From Rhynchobatus australiae (taxonomy: Eukaryota): a stretch of DNA of 64,000 bases. The DNA lies in NCBI GenBank assembly GCA_034780895.1, contig JAUZTB010000027.1, positions 42,100,304 to 42,164,303 of the forward strand, given 5' to 3'. How positions within the stretch are numbered: the first letter of the stretch is position 1; each line of letters begins with the position of its first letter. A model generated the notes under the pieces. It was not told the DNA's origin, did no database searches, and saw only the letters and a list, made by a program, of their open reading frames with translations. Of the stretch, positions 1-12,874 are shown one piece after another. Both the position numbers and the translations under genes were made by a program.

Positions 1-2049
1 CGTGCATTAGCCTTCTGTCTGGAAAAGAGCTACGTTAAATACAAGATTTCTAATGTATTGGTCTACTGTTTTGTTGCCTCCTTTCTTTTCTTTCCTCAAC
101 ACCATGATTTGTGGATTTCTATAAATGTTGCCTGACTTCTTTCCAACATTTTCCACTATTTGATTTTCACATCCTCATAGCTTTGCTTTTATATTATCCC
201 TTGGTGCAAAGCTTATTTAGTTTAAACAATACAGAGTCAATGCTTTTGGTCAGTATCTTGGGTGGAAGGAGTTTTAATCAAAAATAATCCTGCTCCCTTG
301 CTGATTATGACCTGAAATCCAGGATAGTCATTTCCTTCACCTTGTGAATTGTATTCATTTCAGTGCTAAAATTCCTTTTGCATATTTTGAACTTTTGAAG
401 ACAACTGATTTGCTGTAATGATTTTTGAATACCACAAGATTGCATATCTGATGGCAAAATAAAAGCACAATAGGTTTTAAATGGTTCTGGCTGAAGATGA
501 AATGTTTCAGAAAAAAGTATTGTTTATAATAGGTGCTTAAACTGGCATTACACTGAAAGTTCTTATCCTATCATCTGAGTGTAGCCCCTTTAACAGAACT
601 GCTAAATTTTAGCCCCTGTTTGTCTGTCTGTGGTGTGATCGGGTTAAAGTTAGTATGGCTGTATGGTCATGATGGATGGTAGGGGCTGGGGGAGAAATGG
701 ATTTCAACTGGTACAGTTAATAAATAAGTTATTTACTATTATATGGGAAAGGCCCATATTTATTATCTATTCCCTGTCCCTGGGAGGTTGATGCATCCGA
801 GAAGGTACCATTTGTGAAAGTCCTGCACAATGCTGTTGGATAGCGAGTTAACTTAAGTTGTGTATTTTTTTCACCAAGTCCAATTTAGGACGAAGGACAA
901 TTTGGAGAAATTATTGTTGCATCTTGTGCATCTGCTACCGCTGTCTTTCCAGATTGTGAAACCTTGAATTGTAGGAATATGACTGCCATTGTTTTTATCT
1001 TGACTCCACCTGCTGGCCATTTAAAATTACCAAGTGATATTAAAGAATTGTATCTCCTATCTATAAAATCTATGAACTTGTCCTAAAATCAGTGTCTTAA
1101 CATAAGTAATAAGTGGTGTACTGTATTCAGCTCTTTGAACATGCTCTGCCAATCTTTTCTCATGGCTGATCAATCTTGACTTTTCCCTATCCTTGGATTC
1201 CCTTTGTATCCAGATATCTCTCCCTTTGTTCCATCTTGATAACAGAGAACCCAAATCTGAATGAATTTTTTTTAAAAAATGTGTATCATAGTAAATAGTC
1301 ACCCTCTTGGGCTTGAACAATGTTGCCTGGTTCTAGACACCATGCAGAGGAACTATTCTCCCAGCATCTGCTCTGTCAAGCCCTTCAGAATCTTGCTTCA
1401 GTGAATTGGCATGGGGATGTAAATCTAATGTGCTCAGTAGTTCCTCACAAAACAATCTTGCAGATTGTGGATCTGGTTCGTGAATCTTTGTTGCACTCTG
1501 TTGAAAGCAAGTATGTACTTGGATCAAGCAGATCAAAGCTTTACACTGAGCCTCCATATCAACTGCTGTGGAATTGGGCTATCAGATACACAAGTGATTA
1601 GTATAGGTGAGCAGTTTCCACTATGGGGTTTGTCACAGAAAACATGGAAGCATTTTTAAAAGGTGGTGTCATCACAACAGGTGCAACAGAGATGGAAAGA
1701 ATGAGTGAAGGGAATGGAGTCCTTGCAAGGAGCAGAACCAAAGGAACTATGGTCAAGTGCTCTATCTACTGTTTGAGGAAACTGCCTGTACTTTTCTGAT
1801 TGTGGCCATTGGCTTCAATATGATGCTTCTGTTCTTTGTTTTGCTTGAACTTGCCTGGTCTGGATCAGTTTGACTGATCTTGCTAGCCAAGGCTATCCTG
1901 GAGGTAATTGGTGAGGACCTTTTGGACTGGTTTGGGTCTTGAACAATGTAAGTGAATCATATTGCCTGGCTAGAACAAGCTCTGCTGAGAAACTCCTCTG
2001 GAAAACTTTGGACAGCAAAATGATGTCCCAGTTTTGTACTTGGAGCTTC

Positions 2050-2160
2050 ATGGGTATAAAAATAGAGGGCTATGAGTCTCTAAGGTAGGGACATGTTCGG
2101 TACAGTTTTGTGGGCCGAAGGGCCCGAATTGTGCTGTAAGTTTTCTATGTTTCTATGTCT
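2050..2160 (+). mobile_element. CR1/HER1-like LINE 3' tail fragment
   Basis: gggccgaagggcc stem followed by tgtgctgt and a (ttctatgt) repeat tail, as in the other CR1 3' ends in the window. Confidence 0.65.
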
Positions 2161-2344
2161 ACCTTGTGGAGGTGTGCTGCTGTTTGTTGACCTACCAATA
2201 AAATGGCAAAAAATTATATCCATCTTGATCAATTTTCACAGTTGCTAGTATCAGGTTCTTTGCAGAGCAATTTGTGGGTTTAAATGCAATTCCTGAAGAA
2301 AACTCTGGATGGTGCTAAAAGAAATGAGCTTCAACCCTGGTATG

Positions 2345-3075
2345 AAAAAATGATGCTGAAGGAACTCAGCAGGCCAGGCAGCATCCATGTTGAAAAGCAG
2401 GTAGTCAATGTGGCCTCCTCTACACTGGCGCGACCAAACGCAGACGAGGTGACCATTGGGCAGAACACCTGTGGTCTGTCTCTAACCACAATCTGCATCT
2501 CCCCATTGCCAGTCACTTCAGTTCCCCTCCCACTCAATCACAAATATGTCTGTCCTCCGCCTCCTCCAGTGCCAGAAGTCCAAGTGCAAACTGGAGGAAC
2601 AGCACCTCATTTTCTGTTTTAGAACCTCGCAGCCTTACAGCATGAACATTGAATTCTCCCACTTTAAGTAGTCCCCAGAAACCACCACCACCACCACCAC
2701 CCCCCCACCATACCTCCTCTTCTTCCCTTTCCTAACCTATCTCTCGTTTCTACCCTTTTTNNNNNNNNNNNNNNNNNNNNNNNNNNNNNNNNNNNNNNNN
2801 NNNNNNNNNNNNNNNNNNNNNNNNNNNNNNNNNNNNNNNNNNNNNNNNNNNNNNNNNNNNNNNNNNNNNNNNNNNNNNNNNNNNNNNNNNNNNNNNNNNN
2901 NNNNNNNNNNNNNNNNNNNNNNNNNNNNNNNNNNNNNNNNNNNNNNNNNNNNNNNNNNNNGACCCGAAATATTGACCACCTGCTTTTCTCCATGGATGCT
3001 GCCTGGCCTGCTGAGTTCCTTCAGCACAGTGTTTTTCGTCTAGATATTCCAGCATCTGCAGTCCTTTATTTCTCT
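2345..3075 (+). mobile_element. Penelope-like element, 5'-truncated: GIY-YIG endonuclease C-terminus plus terminal repeat, with an inverted terminal-repeat copy at the 5' end
   Basis: 2409-2671 translates with frameshifts as CGLLYTGATKRRRGDHWAEHLWSV...LPIASHFSSP...KCKLEEQHLIF...MNIEFSHFK*, the GIY-YIG signature of Penelope-like elements. About 2352-2409 is the reverse complement of about 2971-3027. N gap at 2761-2960. Confidence 0.85.
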
Positions 3076-3687
3076 AGTTTGACTAATGTAGAAGACATTA
3101 AAAATTGCTTCACTGTAGCAGAGGTATAACATGAAAAGTAGCAATAAGTCTTGAAGAAAAATGGCACTTTTAGAAAAAATGCCTCATTGGCACAATGATT
3201 AATATTGCTTTTACTTTTTTTTAAAAAAATGTTATAATGTGTTTTCTGCTGTGTGCATTTAGACTGTTATCTTTGCATGTGCAAGTCTACTTTATCCAAG
3301 GAGCTTAAGAAAAACAGTGATTATTAAGTAGTGACATCTTAAGGAGAAGAGTTGTGTGGGTGTTGAATGCTATCCAAGAATTGTGAAGATCACAAAATTA
3401 CAGACTTAAATTTTCATCCAGGTGTTAGCCCACTGCTCTCATCCCTAATGGATGGCACCATCAACTTAAACACCCTTAAAATCATTTTAATTTCATTATC
3501 ATCAAACTCATCATGTATAGTTTCCATTGCTATTATTTTTCTTTGGTAGTTTATTGGAGTTAAAGATAACCTGCTCCCACTACAGTGAAGTGTGGAGGTT
3601 GCATGTGAGTTTTTAATGCGGAGCTAGTCACATTTGCCTGCATTTGTCCCAAAACCTCTCCTGTCCNNNNNNNNNNNNNNNNNNNNN

Positions 3688-5700
3688 AAATGCTCAGCCA
3701 CTTTCTATGGTAGTCTGGCAGAAGGTGGTGCATATATTCCATATATGCACCATCCTCTACATGAAGAAGTTGCCCCTCAGATGCCTTTTAAATCTTTCAC
3801 CTCTCTCCTTAAACCTGTGCCCTCTAGTTTTTGGCTCCCCTTCCCTGGGGATAAGGACTGTGTGCACCCCTAGGTGCCTCTTCTGCAACACTCCCTAGGG
3901 CTCAACAATTCACTGTACGCATCCTACCATGGTTTGACTTCCCAAAGATGAACACTTTGCACTTATCTGAATTGCAAGTCATTTGCCAATTCTCAGCCCA
4001 TTTACCTAGCAGATCAAGATCCCCCTGTAACTTTTTATACACCTCCAAGGTCTATCTATTTTATACACCTCCAAGGTCACCCCTCAATCTCCTACATTTC
4101 AAGGAATAATGTCGTAGCCTGCCCAACTTCTTATGACTCGGGCCCTCAAAACCTGGCAGCATCCTTGTAAATCTTTTCTGCACTCTTTCCAGTTTAAAGA
4201 ATCCTTTCCTGTAGCAGGGCAACCAAAACTTTAGACAATACTCCAAGTGCGGTCTCACCAACATCTTGTGCAACTGCAACGTAATGTCCCAACTCCTACA
4301 CTCGGTGCCCTGACTGAAGGCCAACTATCTTTACCACTGTGTCTACCTGTGACATTGCTTTCAGCGAACTATGTACTTGTACCCCTAGGTGCCTCTTCTG
4401 CAACACTCCCTAGGGCTCAACTATTCTCTGTACGCATCCTACCATGGTTTGACTTCCCAAAGATGAACACTTTGCACTTATCTCAATTGCAAGTCATTTG
4501 CCAATTCTCAGCCCACTTACCTAGCAGATCAAGATCCCCCTGTAACTTTTTGATAACTTTCTTCAGTCTACGATACCACCGATTTTTAGTATCATCTGCA
4601 AAATTACTAACCATGCCTTGTATGTTCTCATCCAAATCATTTATATAAATAATAATAACAACAACAACAAAGGTCCCAGCACCGTCCCCTTTGGCACACC
4701 ACTAGTCATGGGCCTCCAATCTGAGAAACTACCTTTAACCATCATTCTCTGCTTCCTACCATCAAGCCAATTATGAATTCAATTAGCTATCTCTCAACTA
4801 GCTTGCCATGTGGGACCTTGTCAAAGGCCTTGCTAAAATTCGTATAGATAACAGCCACTGCCCTACCCTCACCTATCCTCTTCGTTACCTCTTTGAGAAC
4901 TCAGACTTGTCAGACACTTCCTCTCTCTTTTCCCCCCCCCCCCCCCCCACAAAGCCATGCTGTCTATCCCTAATTAGACTTTGCTTATCCTAATGTTGAT
5001 AGATCCTGTCCCTCAGAATCCCCTCCAGTAACTTGCCCACCACTGATGTCAGACTCACTGGCCTGTAGTTCCCTGTCTTGTCTCACTGCCCTTAAATAAT
5101 GGTACAACATTAGCCACTCTCCATCCTTCTGGAACTTCAGTGGCTAAAGATAAAGCAAATACCTTTGCAAGGGCCTCCACAATTTCTTCCCTAGCTTCCC
5201 ACAAAGTCTGAGGATGCACTTGATCAGGCCCTAGAGATTTATCCACCTTAATGCATTTAAGGCCGCCAGTTACTCTGTAGTAACTCTTATGCTGTCCAAG
5301 ACATCATCACTCATTTCCATCGCTTCTTGAGCATCCACCATTTTCTCCACAGTGAAAACTGACAAGAAATATTCATTAAAAATCTCACACATCTCTTGTG
5401 GCTCCACACAGACAGCCATGCTGATCTTTAAGGGGAGCTATTCTCTCCCTAGCCACCCTATTAATATACCTATAGAACCTCATGGGATTTTCCTTAACCC
5501 TGCCTGCCAGATCCATCTCATACCCTCTTTTTGCCCTCCTGATTTCCCTCGTACTCCTACACTTGTGGTCATCAAGGGATTTGCTTGTTCCCATTGGCCC
5601 TAAACACAATGTATGCCTCCCTTCCTCCTGACCAGAGCGTCAAATTTCCCATCAACCATGGTTCCCTAAACTTGCCAGCCTTACCCTTCACCCTAGCACA
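3688..5700 (-). mobile_element. CR1-clade LINE, degenerate ORF2 (RT and C-terminal region)
   Basis: Minus-strand ORF fragments LVRPHLEYCLKFWLPCYRK..KLERVQKRFTRMLPG..LRGDL (4061-4324), DKSLGPDQVHP..VPEGWRVANVVPLFK (5055-5246) and EIRRAKRGYE..KENPMRFYRYIN (5385-5609); stops and frameshifts between them. Confidence 0.9.
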
Positions 5701-6341
5701 ACTAAACCTTTTTTTATTGGAGTGAACGGGTCCTTGCTACCCTCTATGGTGGGCTTTCTTCCCTTGCCCTTCAATTTGGAAATTTGCCCTGAAGGCTGCT
5801 GAATGTGTGGGTGTTGATGGCAGAATGAGAGTTATGGGCCAAGGACTTTGGTGTTTTAATGAGAATCAAGGATGGAAACAAAAGGGAGGCATGACAAGGA
5901 AATAGCTTGACAGTCAAATTAGGTACCAATACACAAAAATAACAATGTTTAGAAAAGTAACTAAAATATTAAATATTTCCAGACACAATTTATGGCCTGG
6001 AGGTAGGCGATTCTGTAATTTCAATCACTCCCTTTCTGGGTGATTGAAGGTGAATGGTTTTGCAGGTCTGGTCATAAAAAAGGCCTTTGCATTGTTAGAT
6101 ATCAGCACAGCAGAGCAAGGGCCAATAATACACCTGGCTTTGAAACATNNNNNNNNNNTGGTGGTGATTGACTGGGATAGATGCCATCAACCTAGAGAGG
6201 ATGTTATGAAGAAACATCAAATAATTGTATTCATACAGACTTGCATTCACACCAATTCATTTTCATAAGGAAATTTTTATCCAAATCATTTAGTTATTTG
6301 TCTCACTTTTTGACCAGCATCTTTTTTCTCTTATTGTACAG

Positions 6342-6407
6342 CCACGCAGGCAGGACCCCAGTCCCGGCTCCAATCTGGGGAGCGGAGATGAGCTCAAACT
6401 ACGTTAA
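6342..6407 (+). CDS. CBFB: Core-binding factor beta, last coding exon (187-aa-type isoform C-terminus)
   Basis: Polypyrimidine tract and tgtacAG acceptor ending at 6341, then PRRQDPSPGSNLGSGDELKLR-TAA, matching the recalled human C-terminus ARRQQDPSPGSNLGGGDDLKLR. It lies upstream of PHAF1 on the same strand, as in human. Earlier exons were not found in the window. Confidence 0.93.
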   Translation, partial: PRRQDPSPGSNLGSGDELKLR

Positions 6408-7690
6408 ATGTTCTTGGAGCAGCCTCGCCGTAAACCTTTTTAGGTGGGATCAAGCAGCTTTTGGTGAACTGGTGTTGAAGGAAATGAAGATGCTAAGGTC
6501 CTGAACAAGAGTTTTTTTATTCCTGCCCCACAGCCCCAGGCCTTTGGATGCCCCATTCAGCACAAACTGCCAGGGATTGCACTATGTCCATTTACAGTAC
6601 CTGCATTTCCTGTTTTAAGCATGTAGCCAGCAGCAATCTTTGTTTTCTATGCAAGCTATGTTTCTTTACATTTGAGTTTTTAAATGGCCTTTTGTGTATT
6701 ATTTGTCTCCCCTTCCCACTTGGTTATTTAACCAAAAAATGCAGGAAATCTGTATCAGAAATTAGGTCAAAATGTGTTTGAGTTGAATTAAGATTTAAGT
6801 GACAGGAAATCAGAAATTTATTTTCTGCTTTTTCTGTAGTACATTCTGGGTTGCAAGTGTGTAAGGATTCAAAATCTGTATCTGTTTGCCTTTGCTTTTC
6901 TAAAGCACAGGGAATGCATTATTTGCTTGCCTGCAATTTTTAGCTCTGATTTTTGTATCCTGTAAAGAGATAGCCACATAAGGAAGTAGTCTATATGACT
7001 GGAGCAAATTTTTTACAAGTGGAAAAATAGTGATGGAGAGTAAGGTTTTTTTGCAGCAAGTTGGAAAGCAGAAGACTGTCCAAGATAAAGAACATTCAAT
7101 TTGGCTTGTTCATTCCATTTTCTGAATTAAACCTCAGGCTTAAAATAAAATCTCTTGAATTTCTACCCATGTTTAGTTCAAAATAAGGTCACAGTTTATA
7201 TTCTGTTGTTACAAAGTTACATATATAACCCTGAATATGGGGTACAAATTGGACTGACAAAATCTTCAAGCAGTGCACATATACATCATGTGCTGGACAC
7301 ATGAAAAGTGACCAAAAGACTTCTGAAGTGCCCTGGTATATCAAGTATGTTGAGAATTGATGTTATTGGCCTTGGTGGCTATTTTCTGCTTTGCATTGCT
7401 TAATAATATCTTAATGCTGGCATTAAGATTGGGATAGCTGCTTTCTGCTAATTAGTCCAAACAGTTCAAAACTTTGTTACTGGTGTTAAGTTATTGATGC
7501 AATTTAATAAGTTTTTCCAATCTATATTTAAGTAGAAAGAATTGCATCTTTTTGCATAGTACTCCTCCCTCAGGAGTTGCTTTGAATTATTGAGCTAGCT
7601 TTTGCTACTTCGTGAATCTGAAACATTTTTCTTTTAAATTACTTTATTAATAAATATGAAAAGTCAAACTTGTCTGTTTTGTCCTAATTT
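6408..7690 (+). other. CBFB: Probable CBFB 3' UTR with candidate polyadenylation signals
   Basis: U-rich stretch with no recognisable repeats after the stop; AATAAA at 7144-7149 and 7649-7654, the latter followed by GT/T-rich sequence (tgtctgttttgtcc). The end point is inferred. Confidence 0.6.
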
Positions 7691-7904
7691 TTAAAACCTT
7701 TCCAAATCTAGCAATGACAAACTCTTCCAGTTAACCAATGTGGCAGATCTTTGAAAAAATATAGAGACTGGCTGGAAAGTTGACATCAGAATGGTATTAA
7801 CAGTACAAATTTCACTAGAACATGTGAAAACATAGAAGTATATGGGACAATACTCCATTCCTGCTAAAGAAAACATAATTTCAGCATAATTAGCTCATTA
7901 TAAT

Positions 7905-8215
7905 AGAGGCCACTTGGCCCATTGACTCCACACCAGCTCCTAGCAATGTGATCTCATCTGTCCCATTCCCATCCATTTATTTGCCTGTACCTCTATAACT
8001 AATTTTTCTCGTACACCTATCAAATCCCTTTTGATCCTTACTATACTAAGGGTTAATTTATAATAGCCAAGCATCTAGTCCTTGGGAGGAGACCAGAAAA
8101 CCTGACAAGCCCCATGGTTACAGGAAAAACATGCAGACTGCACAGCACCCAAGGTCAAAATCAAACAGTCTCTGGATCTGAGGCAGGAGAGCTAACTACC
8201 TCACCACTGTGCCAG
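7905..8215 (-). mobile_element. Degenerate tRNA-derived SINE (HE1/V-SINE-like) with CR1-like tail
   Basis: Minus strand begins ggcacagtggtgaggtag, has a decayed ggttttctggtctctccc core and ends in gggccaagtggcctct. Confidence 0.55.
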
Positions 8216-8524
8216 CCTAGCAATTTTTAATGTGGAGGCGGAGCCCCAAAGAATTTCTTATCCTAGAGGCTAAAGTACAACCTAGTTAAAGGCAAGTTTA
8301 CTAATCAAGGTCTGAGGGAAATGGTGAAGGCAAGATATGTTGGTGGTACTTCCAAATTAGAGGGGATTAATTAATTTCTAAAGCTAAAAATTCAGTGACT
8401 GTCATTAATGGGGCCCCAAGATATTAATCTGTGTTAGAAACATCACCTGTAATTTAAAACAAAAGGAGGCTGATAAGAAGTTGATCAAGATGCAACAGGA
8501 GAAGGTTGAAAACCATGAAATGAA

Positions 8525-8640
8525 AACATCTGTAGATGCTGAAAATCTGAAATAAAATGCTGGAATCACTCAGCAGATCAAACAGCATCTGTGGAAAGAG
8601 AAAGTTAATGTTTCAGGTCTGAGACCCTTTATCAGGAAGC
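8525..8640 (-). mobile_element. Penelope-like terminal repeat fragment
   Basis: ctgtagatgctg...ctcagcagatcaaacagcatctgtggaaagag...gtttcaggtctgagaccctttatcagga; same family as 2961-3065 in reverse orientation. Confidence 0.75.
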
Positions 8641-8660
8641 CACAGAATGTTTGCTGTAGG

Positions 8661-9400
8661 ATGTTTATAAAAGAAAAAGCTAAGCTTGACTTGAGATGGC
8701 CATCCAGCAACAATATTAAGGAATTAAAACTAAAAGAAACGGATATCTTAGTGAAAAAGTTACAGAAATTTATCAGGACCAGCAAAACTAAGGAATTTTT
8801 TTTTTCAGAAATTGCCCGAGGAATATCAGACCTTGAGAATAACCATTCAGCACTGGATTACCATAATCAGAGAAAAGGTTACTATGAAATAGAGGTAAGT
8901 GCTGAAGAATGCCAAGGAATGGTGTAGTTAATGTAATAAAGTTGGTGACAGTAGTAATAATGCCTGTGGTGATGCCTAAAAGATTACTACACCAGGCCCC
9001 CTTTGCCAATGCAGGAGGAGACCAGGTCAAAAAAAAAAGAAATAAAGCTTGGATTGAGATGTACCTTGCAAGACAAGAAGAGATTTTAATCCAGAAATTG
9101 GATTGTGTGATATAAATATAATACCAAAATGGCAAATTTCTCATTGGGAATCATAGTAGTAAGCTTTGACAGGACATAGAGATGGTTGACTACATTTGAA
9201 GAAATATTGAAGGCTAAGCCACAAGATTATTTCCAGTCTAGCTGGAAGCAAATGCTGTCCAGTACAATTTGGCAGAGGAAAATTAAAGATGTGAGTGAAA
9301 AGCTGACACAATGCCATCTTCACAAATAACAAGATTTTGAAAATAAAAATATACTGGTCCCAAGGTGACTTAAACCAACTGGGAATGGATGTGACAGCAA
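8661..9400 (+). pseudogene. Decayed coding relic resembling a Myb/SANT (trihelix-like) domain followed by a Ginger/Gypsy-type integrase zinc-binding region
   Basis: RWPSS...KTKEFFFSEIARGISDLENNHSALDYHNQRK, then AWIEMYL...MANFSL...EEILKA...WQRKIKDVSEKLTQCHLH (W-x5-DV-x6-C-x2-[C/H]) and LGMDV. Stops and frameshifts present; resemblance judged by eye only. Confidence 0.4.
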
Positions 9401-12400
9401 TCTTGGGAACATTTTAAACCATGTACCTGGAGTAAAAGATTAGGGAGAAAGTGGAACCTAGGTGACATGAATTATGGGATGGAGGTCATGTGCTCCAGGC
9501 TGTGGAAGCAAAAATTAGTTTGACAAATATGAACTGAAAGATAGAAATAATGTGAAAGGATGTAAATCTAGTGAAAACCAACCAGAAACAAAGTTAAAAT
9601 GCTCAGTTAATTCTACCTGGAAGCCACTGGAATTTTGCAGTGCACAATTTATTCCAGGAAGGTCACAAAAATACTTAAAACTAGAAGAGACCATCTTTAC
9701 ACTTGTATGTTAGGTTCCAATAATTTTGGAATGACTATAATTTTAATTCAACTTGAATTTGAGCAATTGAGATTTTCAACCTCACAAACTGATCAAAATA
9801 GAATTGGAAGATAATGAATTATTGAAGATAAATGGCTATTCATGAAATAATAACTGCCAATGTGTTACCAATATATCCACCTTATTTCCTGTCCATTGAC
9901 TATAGTAAAATCGTCCGCTAGCTGCGTGCTAATTTGGTGGTGTGGCTGTGTCCTTTGGTGAATGGAGTTGATAAACTGCCGCAGAATATTAAGATGAGCT
10001 ATGAAAATTTCTTTCTTTTTCCCCCTTAATATTTCACCTGCCATTGGGTGTGTGGCCTTGTGCCAGATTATGGCTGACAGGTGCTCACAACCCATTTACA
10101 TCTTTTGTGGTGATTCTTGAATGAGGGAGTCTGTGTTATTTGAGAATGACTGGGAGATTTTATAGTGAAATCAATGTCCTCAGCTGGTATTCAAGTGCAC
10201 TTTTAAAGTCTCACTGGGGATTTACTTGCAGTGGGAATCCATCTAGGCATTCCTGGTTTAGTATGGTTGTTACTGCTGTTACAGCTCCTTTTAAGAAATC
10301 TGTTTGTTCTTAATGTATTGTACACAGAAAATATAATACTTATGGTAATAATTGATAGTTGTTGAAGCAAATACTAAGGAACTGGGAAGACCCAGAAGGA
10401 TCTGTAAGATGGAGAGATGAGCTAAAGTAGGGTGATGGGTGGGTTACATCTGGCACATGCACATGCAAAGACCTGAGCTGTTTCTGTGAGGATCTTGCAT
10501 AATGCCAATCAAGTACTTCTGAAAATTCATCTGCAATTTGTTCAACATGTCTTGATTTCTCAAGAAACTAAATTACTCGTATAAAAACTATCACAAATCC
10601 ATTTCCATAAACAGCCTATTACTTACATAGTGCTTCTCATGCTGGTACTCTGCATATGTTTACCCCATTATTTCCTAGCGCATCATTCTCCACATGGGAT
10701 GTACTATATACAATGATCCAGTCTGTGGGTATGTGCCCTTAACAAAAGCTTTTGGAAGAAATACATTTAATGTTATTAATGTCCCAGGGATGCATCTGGG
10801 TGTGATAAATTGAATAATTTCAGTCCCACCAATGTACCTTTAACACACTAAACTTTGGATATTTATCTTGCGTCAGTCTTCCACATTCTCTGTGCTACAG
10901 AAAGTCCTCACTTAGGTAATGTTTATTTTCATAGTCACAATGTTAAACATTAAAGGTTCTATCTGTTAAGGTTTGGGGGAGGGAGGATCAGAGGGCTGAA
11001 GATCAGCTAGGAGAACAGTACAGATTAGGACAATGACTTCCTTTTCACACCCATACCTTGGGATTATCCTTGGTCTTTTATTTCTCGCTGTTGTGCAACA
11101 CCTCAGCAACATTATCCACCATCACATTTTTCACATGTCTATTGATTATTCTCAGTTCCACCTCACCACAAACACTCTTCCCCTCCCTGTTATTAAATTG
11201 TCAGGGAGCTCGTACAAGATCTAGTACTAGATGAGAAAAAAGATGTCTTCCAACTAAATGGTGGGAAGACTAAACCTGTTAGCATCACTACTACAATTTC
11301 CAATCTTGAAGTCACTGACTCTATACCTGAAATTGAACCAGGCTATTCCCAGCAAGCAGTGGTAATCCAAGATGCCAGCTGACCTTGTCAATATAGATAT
11401 TCAAGGTCGGGGATTTGGGAGGTGCTGATGAAAACCCTGAAATTGTTGCTGTACATTTATGCCCCTGGTGCAAACTGGAGCCACATTGCACTAATGATTA
11501 AGGGGGTCAATGTTTTAGGTGATGGAAGGGATGGTAATCAACCAGGCTGCTTTGGCTCAGTAGTGTTGAGTTTTAATGTTGGAACTGCATTCTTTCAGGG
11601 AAGTGGAAAATATGTATCACACTCATGACATACCTCATAGATGCTGGAGCATTAAAAGGTGAGTCGCATGCCACAAGACAGCCAGCTTCTGTTCCATTAT
11701 AGCCCCTCAACCTCATGAATAACGTTAAACATATCCACAACCAGTCTTGAAAGTTTTTTCTATAATACTGTCCTACCATGAAATTGCAAGCAACCAGTGG
11801 GAGACTAAGTACAGATTCCAAATGCAGAAATAGGGAAGTGATTCAGAACAGAGGTTTTGGTATCAGGCTATAAAGAAACAAAATGCAAAAGTGCTCTTCA
11901 ATACACAAGGATAATTACAGCAGTGAATCCTGTGGTGAGAAATAATAGATGGGAAAGCTAAGATCTGTCATTGCCAAGTGACCACATATAGAGTAGTTTG
12001 CCATAAATAACACATTGTAAAGAGCCATTTAGAGCAGAATGTCTATGTGTTTCAAGATTGTTAAATAACAACAGTTCAAGAATAAAGATTCAGAAATATG
12101 ATCAGTTTGGAATTGTGCTGCATTTAATTCCAATGAAATACAATCAGCCAAGACCTCCTGGCAAAAGGACAATTATGAATTACATATGGAGAAACATTGG
12201 GTACAAGAAAACTTCACAGATGTCATCTCGAACAATGGTGACATTTGAGAAGAACTTTATTGCCTGTAAAGCACTTTGAGATAACCTGAATTTGTGAAAG
12301 GCATTATTTGTGCTGAATGTGAGTCTGCCTTTCCCACTTCATATAGTGGCTTCTACAGAGAAAACTGTTCCATATCATTTCATAGCNNNNNNNNNNNNNN

Positions 12401-12874
12401 NNNNNNNNNNNNNNNNNNNNNNNNNNNNNNNNNNNNNNNNNNNNNNNNNNNNNNNNNNNNNNNNNNNNNNNNNNNNNNNNNNNNNNNNNNNNNNNNNNNN
12501 NNNNNNNNNNNNNNNNNNNNNNNNNNNNNNNNNNNNNNNNNNNNNNNNNNNNNNNNNNNNNNNNNNNNNNNNNNNNNNNNNNNNNNNNNNNNNNNNNNNN
12601 NNNNNNNNNNNNNNNNNNNNNNNNNNNNNNNNNNNNNNNNNNNNNNNNNNNNNNNNNNNNNNNNNNNNNNNNNNNNNNNNNNNNNNNNNNNNNNNNNNNN
12701 NNNNNNNNNNNNNNNNNNNNNNNNNNNNNNNNNNNNNNNNNNNNNNNNNNNNNNNNNNNNNNNNNNNNNNNNNNNNNNNNNNNNNNNNNNNNNNNNNNNN
12801 NNNNNNNNNNNNNNNNNNNNNNNNNNNNNNNNNNNNNNNNNNNNNNNNNNNNNNNNNNNNNNNNNNNNNNNNNN

